DNA of 64,000 nt from an uncultured Anaerolineae bacterium (GTDB lineage: Bacteria; Chloroflexota; Anaerolineae; CG2-30-64-16). The notes beneath the pieces were generated by a model, which saw only the letters and a program-made list of their open reading frames with translations, was not told where the DNA came from and ran no database searches. Positions 9,065-19,322 of this stretch are shown one piece after another. Position 1 is the first letter of the stretch, and each line of letters begins with the position of its first letter. The stretch spans positions 1,316 to 65,315 of the forward strand of contig CAKZKT010000104.1 in the NCBI GenBank assembly GCA_937124585.1. The letters run 5' to 3'. The translations under genes and the position numbers were made by a program.

Positions 9065-9544
9065 TTATTCGCGCTCCCACTCTTTGATCGCCCGTCGCAG
9101 ATCGCGATTGGCATCGCGCTCGGCGATCGCATCTTTCTTGTCGTAGAGTCGTTTCCCGCGCACCAGGGCGATCTCGACTTTGGCGCGGCCGTTCTTGAGA
9201 TACATGCGCAGCGGCACAATGGTCCAGCCTCGCTCCGCAACCTTGCCCTGGAGCTTGCGGATTTCCTGCCGGTGCAAAAGCAGTTTGCGCTCGCGTCGCG
9301 GCTCGTGATTCTCTCGATTGCCGAAGTCATAGGGCGAGATGTGGACGTTGACGAGCCACGCTTCGCCGTTGCGCAGCTGCACGAAGCCGTCGCGCAGATT
9401 CACGCGCGCCGCGCGTACCGATTTGATCTCGGTCCCGGTCAGCACGATGCCCGCTTCGTAAGTATCCTCCAGGAAATAGTCGTGATATGCCTTGCGGTTG
9501 GTGGCAACCTGTTTGACTTCCTCTCCTTCGCTCTGTCTGGCCAC
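9065..9544 (-). CDS. smpB: SsrA-binding protein
   Basis: NRKAYHDY, EAGIVLTGTEIKSVR, RKLLLH, GKRLYDK. Confidence 0.98.
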   Translation of the reverse strand: MARQSEGEEVKQVATNRKAYHDYFLEDTYEAGIVLTGTEIKSVRAARVNLRDGFVQLRNGEAWLVNVHISPYDFGNRENHEPRRERKLLLHRQEIRKLQGKVAERGWTIVPLRMYLKNGRAKVEIALVRGKRLYDKKDAIAERDANRDLRRAIKEWERE

Positions 9545-9558
9545 AAAACCTCCCCTCT

Positions 9559-10920
9559 CTATCTGACGCCTTTCTCCAGCAGATACTGGATGGCGCGCTC
9601 CAGCTGTGGATCGCGTTTCGCCTCCACATCCTCTTTGGTCATTGGCACCTCGATATCCGGCACCAGCCCGATCTTGTGAATCTCGCGATCCTTCGGGGTG
9701 AACCAGCGAGCAATCGTGACCCGCAACTGCGAGCTATCGCTGAGCGTGTTGGGCAGCTGCACCGAGCCTTTGCCGAACGTCTTTTCGCCGATCAGGATGC
9801 CGGTGCCGGCGTCTTGAATTGCGCCGGCGACGATCTCCGACGCGCTGGCACTGCCGCCATCCACCAACACGACCAGTGGCGTATTCCCAAGCAGGTAGCG
9901 CCCTTGCCGTTCGTATGTCTTCTGACTGCCGTCTTTCATGCGTTCGATCAGAATCGGGCCTTCCGGCACGAAATAGCTGCCGATGCGCACCGCAGCATCC
10001 AGCAAGCCGCCCGGATTGCCCCGCAGGTCCAGGATCAGGCCGACCGGCTTCTGCGCCAACGCGTTATTGATTGCCTCGGACAGCCGGGCCGGCGCAATGC
10101 TGCTGAATTCGCTCAGCGCCACGTACTGGATCTTGCCCTCTGCCAGGACGTCGGTCTTGATTACGGGGATCTCGATGCGATCTCGGATGACCGTGACATC
10201 GAACGGCGCCTCCTGGCCGCGGCGGATGGTCAACACGACCTTCGTGTTGCGTGGGCCGCGGATCAGGGTGATGGCCTCCAACAGGCTGAGCTTTGTGATG
10301 TCTTTGCCGTCCACGGCGATGATGACATCACCTACCTGGAGGCCAGACTTCTCGGCCGGCTGGCTGGGGAAGAGGTAGCGCAAGCGCACTCCGCCGCCCT
10401 CCGCCAGTTCCACCTGGGCGCCGATCCCCTCGAAGCTGCCTTGCATGTCGGAATTGAACAGGGCTGCAGCCTTCGGGTCAACGAAAGCGGTGTGTTGGTC
10501 GCCCAGGCGCTCGACGACGCCGCGAATGGCGTTGTAGGTGACCTCTTTGCCCTGCGGCAGGTCGCCGTAGAACTGCTTTCTCAGCAACGTCCAGACCTCG
10601 CGGAGCAGGGCCTCGTCGAACGGATCATCTTCGGTCAAGCTGTCGTCAACTGCCGCGCGCGGGGCCTGGGTTGGCGTCGGTGTGGGCGGCGGCGTCGGTC
10701 GCGGCGTCGCAGTGGCAGGCGGTAGGGTAGGGGAGGGCGCCGGAGCAGCCGCCACGCTGTCGTCAGGCGCTTCTCGGGCGACGACCGAGATCGCGGCAAC
10801 GGTGCGCGCGCTGGCCATGCCTGCGCTGAAGCCCGCGCCGAAGGCGGTCACGACCAGAATCAGGGCAAATGTCACGCTTAGAAAAATTTTCACGAGAGTC
10901 GCTGAATTGTTGTCTTTCAT
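9559..10920 (-). CDS. ctpA: S41 carboxyl-terminal processing protease (PDZ)
   Basis: N-terminal TM, PT-rich linker, FEGIG, LDLRGNPGG, SASASEIVAGA, TFGKGSVQ. Confidence 0.92.
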   Translation of the reverse strand: MKDNNSATLVKIFLSVTFALILVVTAFGAGFSAGMASARTVAAISVVAREAPDDSVAAAPAPSPTLPPATATPRPTPPPTPTPTQAPRAAVDDSLTEDDPFDEALLREVWTLLRKQFYGDLPQGKEVTYNAIRGVVERLGDQHTAFVDPKAAALFNSDMQGSFEGIGAQVELAEGGGVRLRYLFPSQPAEKSGLQVGDVIIAVDGKDITKLSLLEAITLIRGPRNTKVVLTIRRGQEAPFDVTVIRDRIEIPVIKTDVLAEGKIQYVALSEFSSIAPARLSEAINNALAQKPVGLILDLRGNPGGLLDAAVRIGSYFVPEGPILIERMKDGSQKTYERQGRYLLGNTPLVVLVDGGSASASEIVAGAIQDAGTGILIGEKTFGKGSVQLPNTLSDSSQLRVTIARWFTPKDREIHKIGLVPDIEVPMTKEDVEAKRDPQLERAIQYLLEKGVR

Positions 10921-10974
10921 TTTTCCTTCCCCACCATCCTGAAAACCGCTTGCGAAATCAATCTGGTCTGCAGC

Positions 10975-12219
10975 TCATCGTTCTCCGCGCAACCATGCCT
11001 GCGCGCGCGCCAGCTGCGGATCGCGGCCGGCTTCGCGGTCGGCCGCCGAAATGTTGACCTGGAGATCGGGCGTCAACCCGACCCTGTCTATCTGGTGACG
11101 CGCCGGGGTGAGCCAGCGCGCCACGGTGACGTGCAGCGAGGAGCCATCGGGCAGCTCATGCACCTCCTGCACAGAGCCTTTGCCGTAGCTTTTTTCGCCG
11201 ATCAGGATGGCCCGTTGCGCATCGCGCAGTGCGCCGGCCACGATCTCCGAAGCGCTTGCCGTGCCCGCATCTATCAAGATCACCAATGTCCACTTTTGGG
11301 CCGGACTGTTGAGCTTCTTGACAGGATAGTAGCGCTCTTCGCCCCCACGTTTGGCCTCGTAAAGCACGATGCCGTCGGCAAGGAAGCGGCTGGTGATGTC
11401 CACGGCCGCGTCCACGAGGCCGCCGCCGTTGCCGCGCAGATCGAGCACCAACCGATCTACATCCTGGTCGGCCAGCTCGGCCAGAGCAGACTCCAGCTCT
11501 TGATTCGTGCGTTCACCGAAGACGCTTATTTTGACATAACCGATGTGATCCTGTGGACTCAATACCCGCCAGTCCACGCTCGGCATCTCGATGCGCTCGC
11601 GCATGATCGCGACATCAAATGGAGTCGCCCCGCCGGAACGCTTGAGTGTCAACACGACTCGCGTGCCCACATCGCCGCGCACCAAGGCGACCACATCCTG
11701 GACGTTCATCTGCGGGGTGATCGGCTTGCCGTCCACGGCCAGCAAAATATCGCCGTCTTTGATGCCTGCCCTCGCGGCCGGCCGGTCTCGCATGACCGTG
11801 AGCACCAGGTCCCCGGCTTCGTTGCGGCCCATCGTGGCGCCGATGCCGCCGAAATGGCCGCGAATCTCATCGCGCTCGATGCGCCGCGAGGTCGGCTCCA
11901 GGAAGACGGTGTGAGGGTCTTTGTACGAGCCGACCAGGCCGCGAATGGCACTATACAGTTGCGCCTGCGCGTCCGGGATCTCGCCCATGAAGCGGTCACG
12001 CAGCAAATCGCGCACGCGCCACAACAGGCCGAAATCCGCCGGCGTATCCATGCGGGCATCAGCCTGGGCGTGCCGGTCGCCCAGCAGATAACCGCCAGAA
12101 AACGCGGCGCCGACGAGCAGGGCAACCACGACCAACAAAGCGATGGGTTTGAACGAAACCACCAGTCGGCGCTCATTCACAAGATTGACATAATCAAAAA
12201 TCGTACCATGCATGTCCAT
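10975..12219 (-). CDS. ctpA: S41 carboxyl-terminal processing protease, second paralog
   Basis: FGGIG, LDLRGNGGG, TASASEIVAGA, SYGKGSVQ; start uncertain. Confidence 0.9.
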   Translation of the reverse strand: MDMHGTIFDYVNLVNERRLVVSFKPIALLVVVALLVGAAFSGGYLLGDRHAQADARMDTPADFGLLWRVRDLLRDRFMGEIPDAQAQLYSAIRGLVGSYKDPHTVFLEPTSRRIERDEIRGHFGGIGATMGRNEAGDLVLTVMRDRPAARAGIKDGDILLAVDGKPITPQMNVQDVVALVRGDVGTRVVLTLKRSGGATPFDVAIMRERIEMPSVDWRVLSPQDHIGYVKISVFGERTNQELESALAELADQDVDRLVLDLRGNGGGLVDAAVDITSRFLADGIVLYEAKRGGEERYYPVKKLNSPAQKWTLVILIDAGTASASEIVAGALRDAQRAILIGEKSYGKGSVQEVHELPDGSSLHVTVARWLTPARHQIDRVGLTPDLQVNISAADREAGRDPQLARAQAWLRGER

Positions 12220-12485
12220 TCATGAGAGGCCCTCGTGCGACCCGCTCCGGACACCTCTGGGCAAAACAGGCGGCAGCAGACGCTCTAAACTATATTATAA
12301 CCAGGCATCCGCCGAATACCGTAATAACCGTCACGATACAGCAAAGCACACGGGATGCAGCGCGCCGGAGCGAGCTGAAATAGCCCGACTTATGTCGAGC
12401 GATGCAGGTCAATCCGGCCCATATTCGACATAACATATATAGTGTGAACATGATCAGATGGCGAAAACATGACATAATAATCAGG

Positions 12486-13826
12486 TCAGCCTCCGCCCCG
12501 CTGCGCGCGCGACGGCCACACATAGGGCCGCAGGCGAGACGCCAGACGCGCAGGCGCCTTGCCCCAGACGCGCGTGCCCTCTGGCCCGTGTTCCTCACGT
12601 TCCACAACGCCGCGCTGATGCCACAGGCCCAGCAGGTCGCCGCGCTGGTACGGCAACAGCACGGTGAGTTCGATCATTTCCTCGCTGAGCACTTCTTCAA
12701 TGCGGCTCATCAGCGCTGGCAGACCCTCCCCGGTCAAAGCCGAGATCGGCACGCTGTTCGGTAGATCGGCCAGGGCCACATTTCCGCCCCCCAGGGCGGG
12801 CAGACGGTCAATCTTGTTGAGCGCGGTGATGATGGGCTGGCTCGTGGCCTCGAGTTCCTCGAGCACCTGCAGCACCGTGGCGACCTGCTCCTGGACATTT
12901 TTGTGTGTTATGTCAACTACATGCAGGATCAAATCGGCCTCGGAGATCTCTTCCAGCGTCGCGCGAAATGCCGCGACCAGGGCAGTCGGTAACTTCTGGA
13001 TGAAGCCAACCGTGTCGGTGACGAGCACTTCCCTGCCCCCCGGCAAGGCGATCCGCCGCGTGGTCGGGTCGAGGGTGGCGAAAAGCTGATCGGCGACGTA
13101 CACCTCGGCCCCGCTGAGCGCGTTCAACAGCGTGGATTTGCCCGCGTTGGTGTAGCCGACGAGCGCCATGACGGGAATTCCCTCTTCGAAACGACGCCGC
13201 CGGTAATTCGCTCGATGCGTGCGCACCTCCTCCAATTCTTGTTTCAGGTGCGTGATGCGTCGGCCGATCTCACGGCGATCCACTTCGAGCTGGGTTTCGC
13301 CAGGGCCACGCAGGCCCACGCCGGCCGCACCACCACGGCCGGCCGCGCCGCCCGCCTGACGCGCCAGGTGCGTCCACGCGCGCGTGAGCCGGGGCAACCG
13401 ATACTCGTATTGCGCCAGCTCAACCTGCAGCGCGCCCTCACGGGTGTGCGCGTGCTGCGCGAAGATGTCCAGGATGAGCGCCGTGCGGTCGAGCACCTTT
13501 ACGTTGTCGTTGCCGATGGCGCGCTCCAGCTCCCGCTGCTGAGCCGGCGACAGTTCTTCGTCGAAGATGACCAGCTGGGCACCGGTGTCGGCGCGCAGCG
13601 CAACCAGTTCCGCAACCTTCCCGGTCCCGATCAAGGTGGCCGGATTGGGCCGCTCCAGGCGCTGTTCGAGCACGCCCACCACCTGGACACCGGCCGTCTC
13701 GGCCAATCGCTCCAGCTCGGCCAGCGAATCGGCGAGGCTCCAAGGCGATGGCCTGCCTTTGATTTCGACACCGACCAGAAGCGCCTTCTCCGGCGGCGGT
13801 GCTACATCATGTAAACGAAGCGCGAT
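12486..13826 (-). CDS. hflX: GTPase HflX (probable ATC start)
   Basis: LILDIFAQHA, GPGETQLEVDRR, GYTNAGKS, LFATLDPT, DTVGFI, NKID; frame open upstream of the track's TTG through EKALLVGV. Confidence 0.95.
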   Translation of the reverse strand: MALRLHDVAPPPEKALLVGVEIKGRPSPWSLADSLAELERLAETAGVQVVGVLEQRLERPNPATLIGTGKVAELVALRADTGAQLVIFDEELSPAQQRELERAIGNDNVKVLDRTALILDIFAQHAHTREGALQVELAQYEYRLPRLTRAWTHLARQAGGAAGRGGAAGVGLRGPGETQLEVDRREIGRRITHLKQELEEVRTHRANYRRRRFEEGIPVMALVGYTNAGKSTLLNALSGAEVYVADQLFATLDPTTRRIALPGGREVLVTDTVGFIQKLPTALVAAFRATLEEISEADLILHVVDITHKNVQEQVATVLQVLEELEATSQPIITALNKIDRLPALGGGNVALADLPNSVPISALTGEGLPALMSRIEEVLSEEMIELTVLLPYQRGDLLGLWHQRGVVEREEHGPEGTRVWGKAPARLASRLRPYVWPSRAQRGGG

Positions 13827-13840
13827 CCGAACCTCCTTAT

Positions 13841-14794
13841 CTATTGTACTCCCTGCGTTTCCAAAAACGTCTTGATCACCCGGCCGACCCGCTCCAGCGA
13901 AAGCGGCGCCAACTTATCCGGCGTGTCGTGGGTGGTATGCCAGTAAGGATAGTCAAAATCTATGATAACTGCGGCAGGAATGCCCCGCTGCAGGAACGGC
14001 GTGTGATCGTCGATGATCGCCCACTTGTAGATCGGGAGGAAGAACGGCCCATAGCCGAGCCTGGCCGCGATCTCCCATAGCTGGGCCTGGAGCGCCGATG
14101 ACGAATTATACTCCTTGTAGATTTGTTGATCGGCGTCGCCGATCATGTCCACGATGATCACTGCTTTGGGCAGGACAGTGAGATTCTGGGCCATGTAGCG
14201 AGAGCCGGCGATGAACTCCCAACCATCCAGCCCGCCGTTGTCTTCCGCGTCGAAGAAGACCAGCCATACTTCGTTCTTCAGCTTGCGCTTGTCCAATGAG
14301 CGCGCCAGCTCCAACAGGACGGCGACCCCACTGGCGCCGTCGTTGGCGCCGAGCACGGGCTCATTGCGTTGCTGCGGATCCGGGTCATTGTCGGCGCGGC
14401 GCCGTGTGTCGTAGTGTGCGCCGACGATGATAACCGGCCCGGCCCCCGCCCGACCGATGATGTTGCGCCCCTGCACGCCCTGATAGATGAACGGCTGCTC
14501 CTCGACCTGCCAGCCGGTTGCCTTCAGCCTTTCGCTGATGTAGTCGCCCGTCTTGCGATTGGCTTCCGATCCGGTCGGCCGCGGCCCCAGATCGGTCTGC
14601 ATCAGCACATGCCGATACGCGGCCAGGCCGTCGAACTGCCCCACGAGCGGGGTGGGCGTCGGCGGCGGCTTCGGCAGAAAGCCATAGGCCACATTGCCGA
14701 ACCAGGCCACGATGCCCAGCAGGCCGACGACCATGACAGCTTCCAGCCAGCGCGCTCTCAGCCACTCGCCCCAACGCGATAATCTTTGTCTCAT
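13841..14794 (-). CDS. M28 family metallopeptidase / glutaminyl cyclase-like, membrane-anchored
   Basis: GAHYDTR, GANDGASGVAVLLELAR, FFDAED, DMIGD, DDH, YWHT. Confidence 0.88.
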   Translation of the reverse strand: MRQRLSRWGEWLRARWLEAVMVVGLLGIVAWFGNVAYGFLPKPPPTPTPLVGQFDGLAAYRHVLMQTDLGPRPTGSEANRKTGDYISERLKATGWQVEEQPFIYQGVQGRNIIGRAGAGPVIIVGAHYDTRRRADNDPDPQQRNEPVLGANDGASGVAVLLELARSLDKRKLKNEVWLVFFDAEDNGGLDGWEFIAGSRYMAQNLTVLPKAVIIVDMIGDADQQIYKEYNSSSALQAQLWEIAARLGYGPFFLPIYKWAIIDDHTPFLQRGIPAAVIIDFDYPYWHTTHDTPDKLAPLSLERVGRVIKTFLETQGVQ

Positions 14795-14798
14795 CAAC

Positions 14799-16175
14799 TC
14801 AATCCTGGTCTTCTCTGCGGTTGCGGAACTCCAGCCGCAACGGTGTACCGGTGAACGGGTAGGCGCGCCGGATTTGATTCTCCAGGTATCTGGCATAGGA
14901 GAAATGCACCAGTTCACGGTCGTTGACGAACAGGACAAAGGTGGGCGGCGCGATCTCCGCCTGTGTCCCGTAGAAAAACTTGAGCTGCTTGCCCCGCCGA
15001 TTCGGCGCTGGATGGTTTTGCACGGCATCGCGGATCAGCCGGTTGAGTTCTGCCGTGGGGATGCGCAGCTTGCGCTGTTCGGCAATCATCAGCGCCAGCG
15101 GCAAGATCTTGTTCACCCGCTGCCGGGTCAGCGCAGAGACGGTGAGCACGGGCACGTAATCCAGGAAGCGCAGTTCGGTACGAACGGCCTGGGCAAAGGC
15201 TTCGGCCGTGCCGGTCTGCTTGTCCTCGACCGCGTCCCATTTGTTCACGAGGATGGCGACGCTCTTGAAGGCTTCCAGGATGTAGCCGGCGACGTGCGCA
15301 TCCTGTGCGGTGATGCCGGCCGTGGCGTCGAGCACGAGCAGCGCCACGTCGGCGCGCTCGATGGCGTTGATGGCGCGCAGGACGCTGTACTTCTCTACCC
15401 CGCTCTCCACGCGGCCGCGGCGCCGGATGCCCGCCGTGTCAATCAGGATGATCTCGTGGCCCTCCCACTGCAGCGGCGTGTCGAGCGCGTCGCGCGTGGT
15501 GCCCGGAATAGGGCTGACGATCGCCCGCTCCTGTTGCAGCAACGCGTTGAGGAGCGACGACTTGCCCACGTTGGGCCGGCCGACGATCGCGATGCGCACG
15601 GCTTCGCTCTCCTCTTCTTCCGAGGCGGGCGGGAAGCCGGCGACCACGGCGTCCAGCAGGTCGCCTGTGCCGGTGCCGTGCAGGCTCGAGATCGGGTATG
15701 CCTCGCCCAGCCCCAGCTCGTAGAACTCCAGGGCGGCTTGACGCCGCGCCGGGTTGTCCGATTTATTGACGGCCAGGATCACCGGCCGGCCAGAGCGACG
15801 CAGGACATCGGCCACATCCTGGTCGGCTGCAGTGACGCCATCGCGCGCATCCACGAGGAAGACGACCACATCGGCCTCCTCGATGGCGATCTCGGCCTGA
15901 GCGCGGATTTCCGCCACATAATCTTGCGACGAGACGCTCAGCGTCGTGGGCCGGTCTCCCTTCTGGGGCGCTTTCGTGGTGGCCGCGATATCCAGGCCGC
16001 CCGTGTCCACTACGATGAAGGCGCGGCCGGCCCACTCGGCCTCGCCGTACAGCCGATCGCGCGTCGTGCCGGGCTCATCCTGGACGATGGCGCGACGCTC
16101 GCCGATCAGCCGGTTGAACAGGGTAGATTTGCCCACGTTGGGTCGCCCCACCAGGGCAACAATCGGTTTACGCAT
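14799..16175 (-). CDS. der: Ribosome biogenesis GTPase Der (EngA)
   Basis: Two GRPNVGKS G domains, GTTRD, DTGG/DTAG, KH-like C-terminus YLENQIR. Confidence 0.97.
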   Translation of the reverse strand: MRKPIVALVGRPNVGKSTLFNRLIGERRAIVQDEPGTTRDRLYGEAEWAGRAFIVVDTGGLDIAATTKAPQKGDRPTTLSVSSQDYVAEIRAQAEIAIEEADVVVFLVDARDGVTAADQDVADVLRRSGRPVILAVNKSDNPARRQAALEFYELGLGEAYPISSLHGTGTGDLLDAVVAGFPPASEEEESEAVRIAIVGRPNVGKSSLLNALLQQERAIVSPIPGTTRDALDTPLQWEGHEIILIDTAGIRRRGRVESGVEKYSVLRAINAIERADVALLVLDATAGITAQDAHVAGYILEAFKSVAILVNKWDAVEDKQTGTAEAFAQAVRTELRFLDYVPVLTVSALTRQRVNKILPLALMIAEQRKLRIPTAELNRLIRDAVQNHPAPNRRGKQLKFFYGTQAEIAPPTFVLFVNDRELVHFSYARYLENQIRRAYPFTGTPLRLEFRNRREDQD

Positions 16176-16184
16176 CTTTCGTCC

Positions 16185-17462
16185 TCAAGGCGTTCTGCGT
16201 CGGGGGGATGAATCATCCCCCGCGATCGGCGTCTTCGACGGTGTCACCGTGGGGGTGGCTGTGGCCGGCGCGCCGATGGTCACCTCGACCGTCTGCGGCG
16301 TCAACCCCTCGACGCGTACCCCTTCCGGCGTCGGTACCTGCGGCTCCACGACATGGGTGCCGGGGCCGAGGCCGGTCAGATCGAGGATCACCGGCGCCGC
16401 GTCGGGCTTCAGCTCTTCCAGTTTTGGCATCGGCCCGGTCAGGAAGACATTGACGTAGTCAATGCCCAGGGTATAAGTGAGGCCGGGCGCCAGACCCTGG
16501 ATTACCGGCCGACGGCGCACCGTCTGCGCGCCGGAGATGGGCCGGATGGTGACCAGCACGTTGACGCTCTGCGTGCCCAGCGCCGAGACGTTTTCCGGCA
16601 GTCGCAGAGGCACGCGCTCAGCCACATCGGCCCTGGCGTTGTTGATGTCCACCGGCACGGTGATGTAGCCGCTGATGCCGCTCATCACGGCCGGATCGCC
16701 GAACAGGGTCACCAGCTTCGGCTCCGCCGCGACGCCGCTGATGGCGTAGCCAGAAGCAGGCTGCCCGTACGGCTCCACGAGAACGGCGGCCTCGCGATAG
16801 CCGGGCAACTGCGCGATTGGCACCGAGATTTCCGCCTCGGCTGGCGACAGCGTTATGAGGCCGACCGGCTCGCCGGCCCGGTTGCGCGGTGTCAGGCGCA
16901 GCGTACGTTCCACATTTGATCGCGCGCCGCGCAGGTAGATGTCCACCGCGGCAACGTCCACCTGCTCCACCTGCGAGGTGGAGCCGAAGGCAGTGACATG
17001 AGTCGGCGACACGACAGGCGTCAGCCAATCGTAGCCGAAGGCAGGCGAGTCCATGATGTTAACTTGAACCGGCACCAATTTCTCGCGGCGTGCCTCGATG
17101 CGCACCCGCACCCGTTCGGGATTAACGGTGAGCACCTGGACGTCGGGGCCGGGCGGCTTCACCTGGACGCGCACATCATATTCGCCTGCCGACAGGCCCG
17201 ACAAATCCAGCCAGGCCGTGAAATCGCGCGCGGTCAGGTCGCGCCAGCGGCTCTTTGGCGCGCGAATTTCAATGCGCACCTGGTTGATGAGCTCGCCGAA
17301 AATGCTGATGTTTTCGGGCAAGCCGACGCGATTGACGATGATCGGCTCGGCGAACCAGTCGCGCGGGTTTTCCTCGCGCAGGGCGACGATCCAGACAGCT
17401 ATCGCCAGCAACAGCGAAAGCACAGCCGAGCCAAAATAAGAGAGCCAACGCCTCATGACCAC
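16185..17462 (-). CDS. cdaR: CdaR/YbbR-repeat regulator
   Basis: [11 protein letters not shown], repeated [12 protein letters not shown] / P-V-V YbbR-type units; overlaps cdaA. Confidence 0.85.
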   Translation of the reverse strand: MVMRRWLSYFGSAVLSLLLAIAVWIVALREENPRDWFAEPIIVNRVGLPENISIFGELINQVRIEIRAPKSRWRDLTARDFTAWLDLSGLSAGEYDVRVQVKPPGPDVQVLTVNPERVRVRIEARREKLVPVQVNIMDSPAFGYDWLTPVVSPTHVTAFGSTSQVEQVDVAAVDIYLRGARSNVERTLRLTPRNRAGEPVGLITLSPAEAEISVPIAQLPGYREAAVLVEPYGQPASGYAISGVAAEPKLVTLFGDPAVMSGISGYITVPVDINNARADVAERVPLRLPENVSALGTQSVNVLVTIRPISGAQTVRRRPVIQGLAPGLTYTLGIDYVNVFLTGPMPKLEELKPDAAPVILDLTGLGPGTHVVEPQVPTPEGVRVEGLTPQTVEVTIGAPATATPTVTPSKTPIAGDDSSPRRRTP

Positions 17463-18283
17463 CCCTCGCCCTCGAACAGCCGCCGTGGCCGATAGAAATT
17501 TTCCAGCACCCGGCGCAGCCGCTGGCCGTCGAGACGCCGGACCAGCCGGCCGTTGCGGGCCACCGAGATGATCCCGGTCTCTTCGGAGACGACGATGGCC
17601 AAAGCATCGTTTTGTTCGGTGATGCCGGCCGCCGCGCGATGCCGCGTGCCCAGCGAGTTATCGGCCAGGACACGCGCGGTCAGCGGCAACACGCAACCCG
17701 CCGCAACGATCTGATCTCCCCGCAAGATCACCGCGCCGTCGTGGAGCGATGTGCCCGGAAAGAAAAGGGTCGTCAACAAACGCGCCGAGACTTTGGCGTC
17801 CAGGCGTTCCCCCGATTCCATGTATTCCTCCAGGCCGGTGGTCCCTTCGATGACGATCAGGGCGCCGGTTCGCTCGCGCGCCAGCATTTCGACAGCCGCC
17901 ACGAGCTCGAAGATCACCCGCTGCACGATGTTCTCGCGGCTGGCGCGGCCGATCAGGGTGCCCGTGCGTCCCAGGCGTTCGAGGGCGCGGCGCAGTTCCG
18001 GCTGAAAGATCACCGGAATCGCTACCAGGATCATCGGCAACGAGTTGCGCACTAGCCAGTTGAAGGCAGTCAGCCGGCTGGCTGCCAAAGTGGCAATCAG
18101 CACGACGAACAGAATGCCGCGCAGCAACGACACCGCCTGAGTGCCCTGGAACATGCGCAGGATGCCGTAGAAGATCAGGGCCACCAGCAGGATGTCTAAC
18201 AGGCTCAGCAGGCTCGGTGTCGGGATCGTGCCCACCAGCGCGCCGATGTTGGCTTGCCACAATTCCACCAGCCAGTCAATCAT
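17453..18283 (-). CDS. cdaA: Diadenylate cyclase CdaA
   Basis: 3 [37 protein letters not shown]. Confidence 0.95.
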   Translation of the reverse strand: MIDWLVELWQANIGALVGTIPTPSLLSLLDILLVALIFYGILRMFQGTQAVSLLRGILFVVLIATLAASRLTAFNWLVRNSLPMILVAIPVIFQPELRRALERLGRTGTLIGRASRENIVQRVIFELVAAVEMLARERTGALIVIEGTTGLEEYMESGERLDAKVSARLLTTLFFPGTSLHDGAVILRGDQIVAAGCVLPLTARVLADNSLGTRHRAAAGITEQNDALAIVVSEETGIISVARNGRLVRRLDGQRLRRVLENFYRPRRLFEGEGWS

Positions 18284-18288
18284 GGATG

Positions 18289-19185
18289 CTACCTCAAAGT
18301 CAGGGTCACAGCGGACACCAGCATGGCCGCCAACCACCAGGGGCCGCTGCGCGCGAGGCTCTGCTCCAGATCGGTGCCGGCCGCCCGGTCACGCCAGATC
18401 AGCCAGCTCGGCAATAAGAGAAGCGGAGCCACGACGATCAGGGCGATCAGATTGTGCAGGCCGATCAAGGCCAGGATCACAGTGGCCTGGCCCAGCCACA
18501 GGCCGGCCATACGCCGACCCGACGACAGGTGCGCGCGCCGCGCACCCCAGCCCAGGACAGTGAAAGCCAGACCGAGCACGAGGGCCGCAGGGATCTCGAG
18601 CGGCAGCCGCCATGCCGTCGGTTCGGGCAGCGTGAGCGTCCAGCCGAGCAGCCAAGGCAGGCCGACGTTGAGCAGCGCATCGCAGGCGGCCGGCTGCTTG
18701 CCCGTTTGCGCCAGGAACCAGCCCCACAGCGTCACCGTCCAGGCGAGGAGGGTGAGCACCAGCGCTGGCGGTCCCAAGAGAAGTCCCAAAAATGCCGCCA
18801 GTGCCGCTGAGGCGAGCAATTCGCGCCAGCTTGCATCCGCGATCACGTGTCGGAGGAACCGCAATGTGCGGCCCGCCGGCCCGGTGGGCTGATAGTATGG
18901 CAACCGGACGGTCTGGACGATCGCGTCAGGCCCGGCGGCGGGTGACGCGCGCGCGGTCATTCGCCCCAGTGCGCCCCAAGCAGGATCGGCCAGAATCACC
19001 GCGCCGATCAGACGCAACAAAGATGCATCGGCGCTCAGCGGCGCCGCGCTCGCCAGAACGGCCGCCAGCACCGCCCAGGCCGGACCGATCCGCCACAGAT
19101 CGGGCCCAACCCAGATCCGTAAGCCGATCACGGGCCCTACGTCTGCCCCGAAGCGTACGCGCCGGGCCCATCCGGCATCAGACAT
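18289..19185 (-). CDS. Hypothetical polytopic membrane protein
   Basis: Many hydrophobic helices; GGGAGG SD; first gene of the cdaA operon. Confidence 0.7.
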   Translation of the reverse strand: MSDAGWARRVRFGADVGPVIGLRIWVGPDLWRIGPAWAVLAAVLASAAPLSADASLLRLIGAVILADPAWGALGRMTARASPAAGPDAIVQTVRLPYYQPTGPAGRTLRFLRHVIADASWRELLASAALAAFLGLLLGPPALVLTLLAWTVTLWGWFLAQTGKQPAACDALLNVGLPWLLGWTLTLPEPTAWRLPLEIPAALVLGLAFTVLGWGARRAHLSSGRRMAGLWLGQATVILALIGLHNLIALIVVAPLLLLPSWLIWRDRAAGTDLEQSLARSGPWWLAAMLVSAVTLTLR

Positions 19186-19223
19186 GACGCCTCCCAAAGG
19201 CAAATGGTTGCATGATCAAGGCT

Positions 19224-19252
19224 ATTGTAACAAGCGGAAGGCCGCTGGTCAA
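19224..19252 (-). promoter_or_regulatory. Sigma70-type promoter of the cdaA-cdaR-der operon
   Basis: TTGACC-N17-TACAAT with extended -10 TG. Confidence 0.7.
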
Positions 19253-19262
19253 ATGACAAAAA

Positions 19263-19304
19263 GCGCACGCGCCAGGCGCCTTCATGGACGCCTGGCGCGT
19301 GCGC
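19263..19304. repeat. REP-like hairpin (GTGCCAGGCA family, variant)
   Basis: GCGCACGCGCCAGGCG...CGCCTGGCGCGTGCGC. Confidence 0.7.
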
Positions 19305-19322
19305 ATGATCCGGCGAGGCGGC

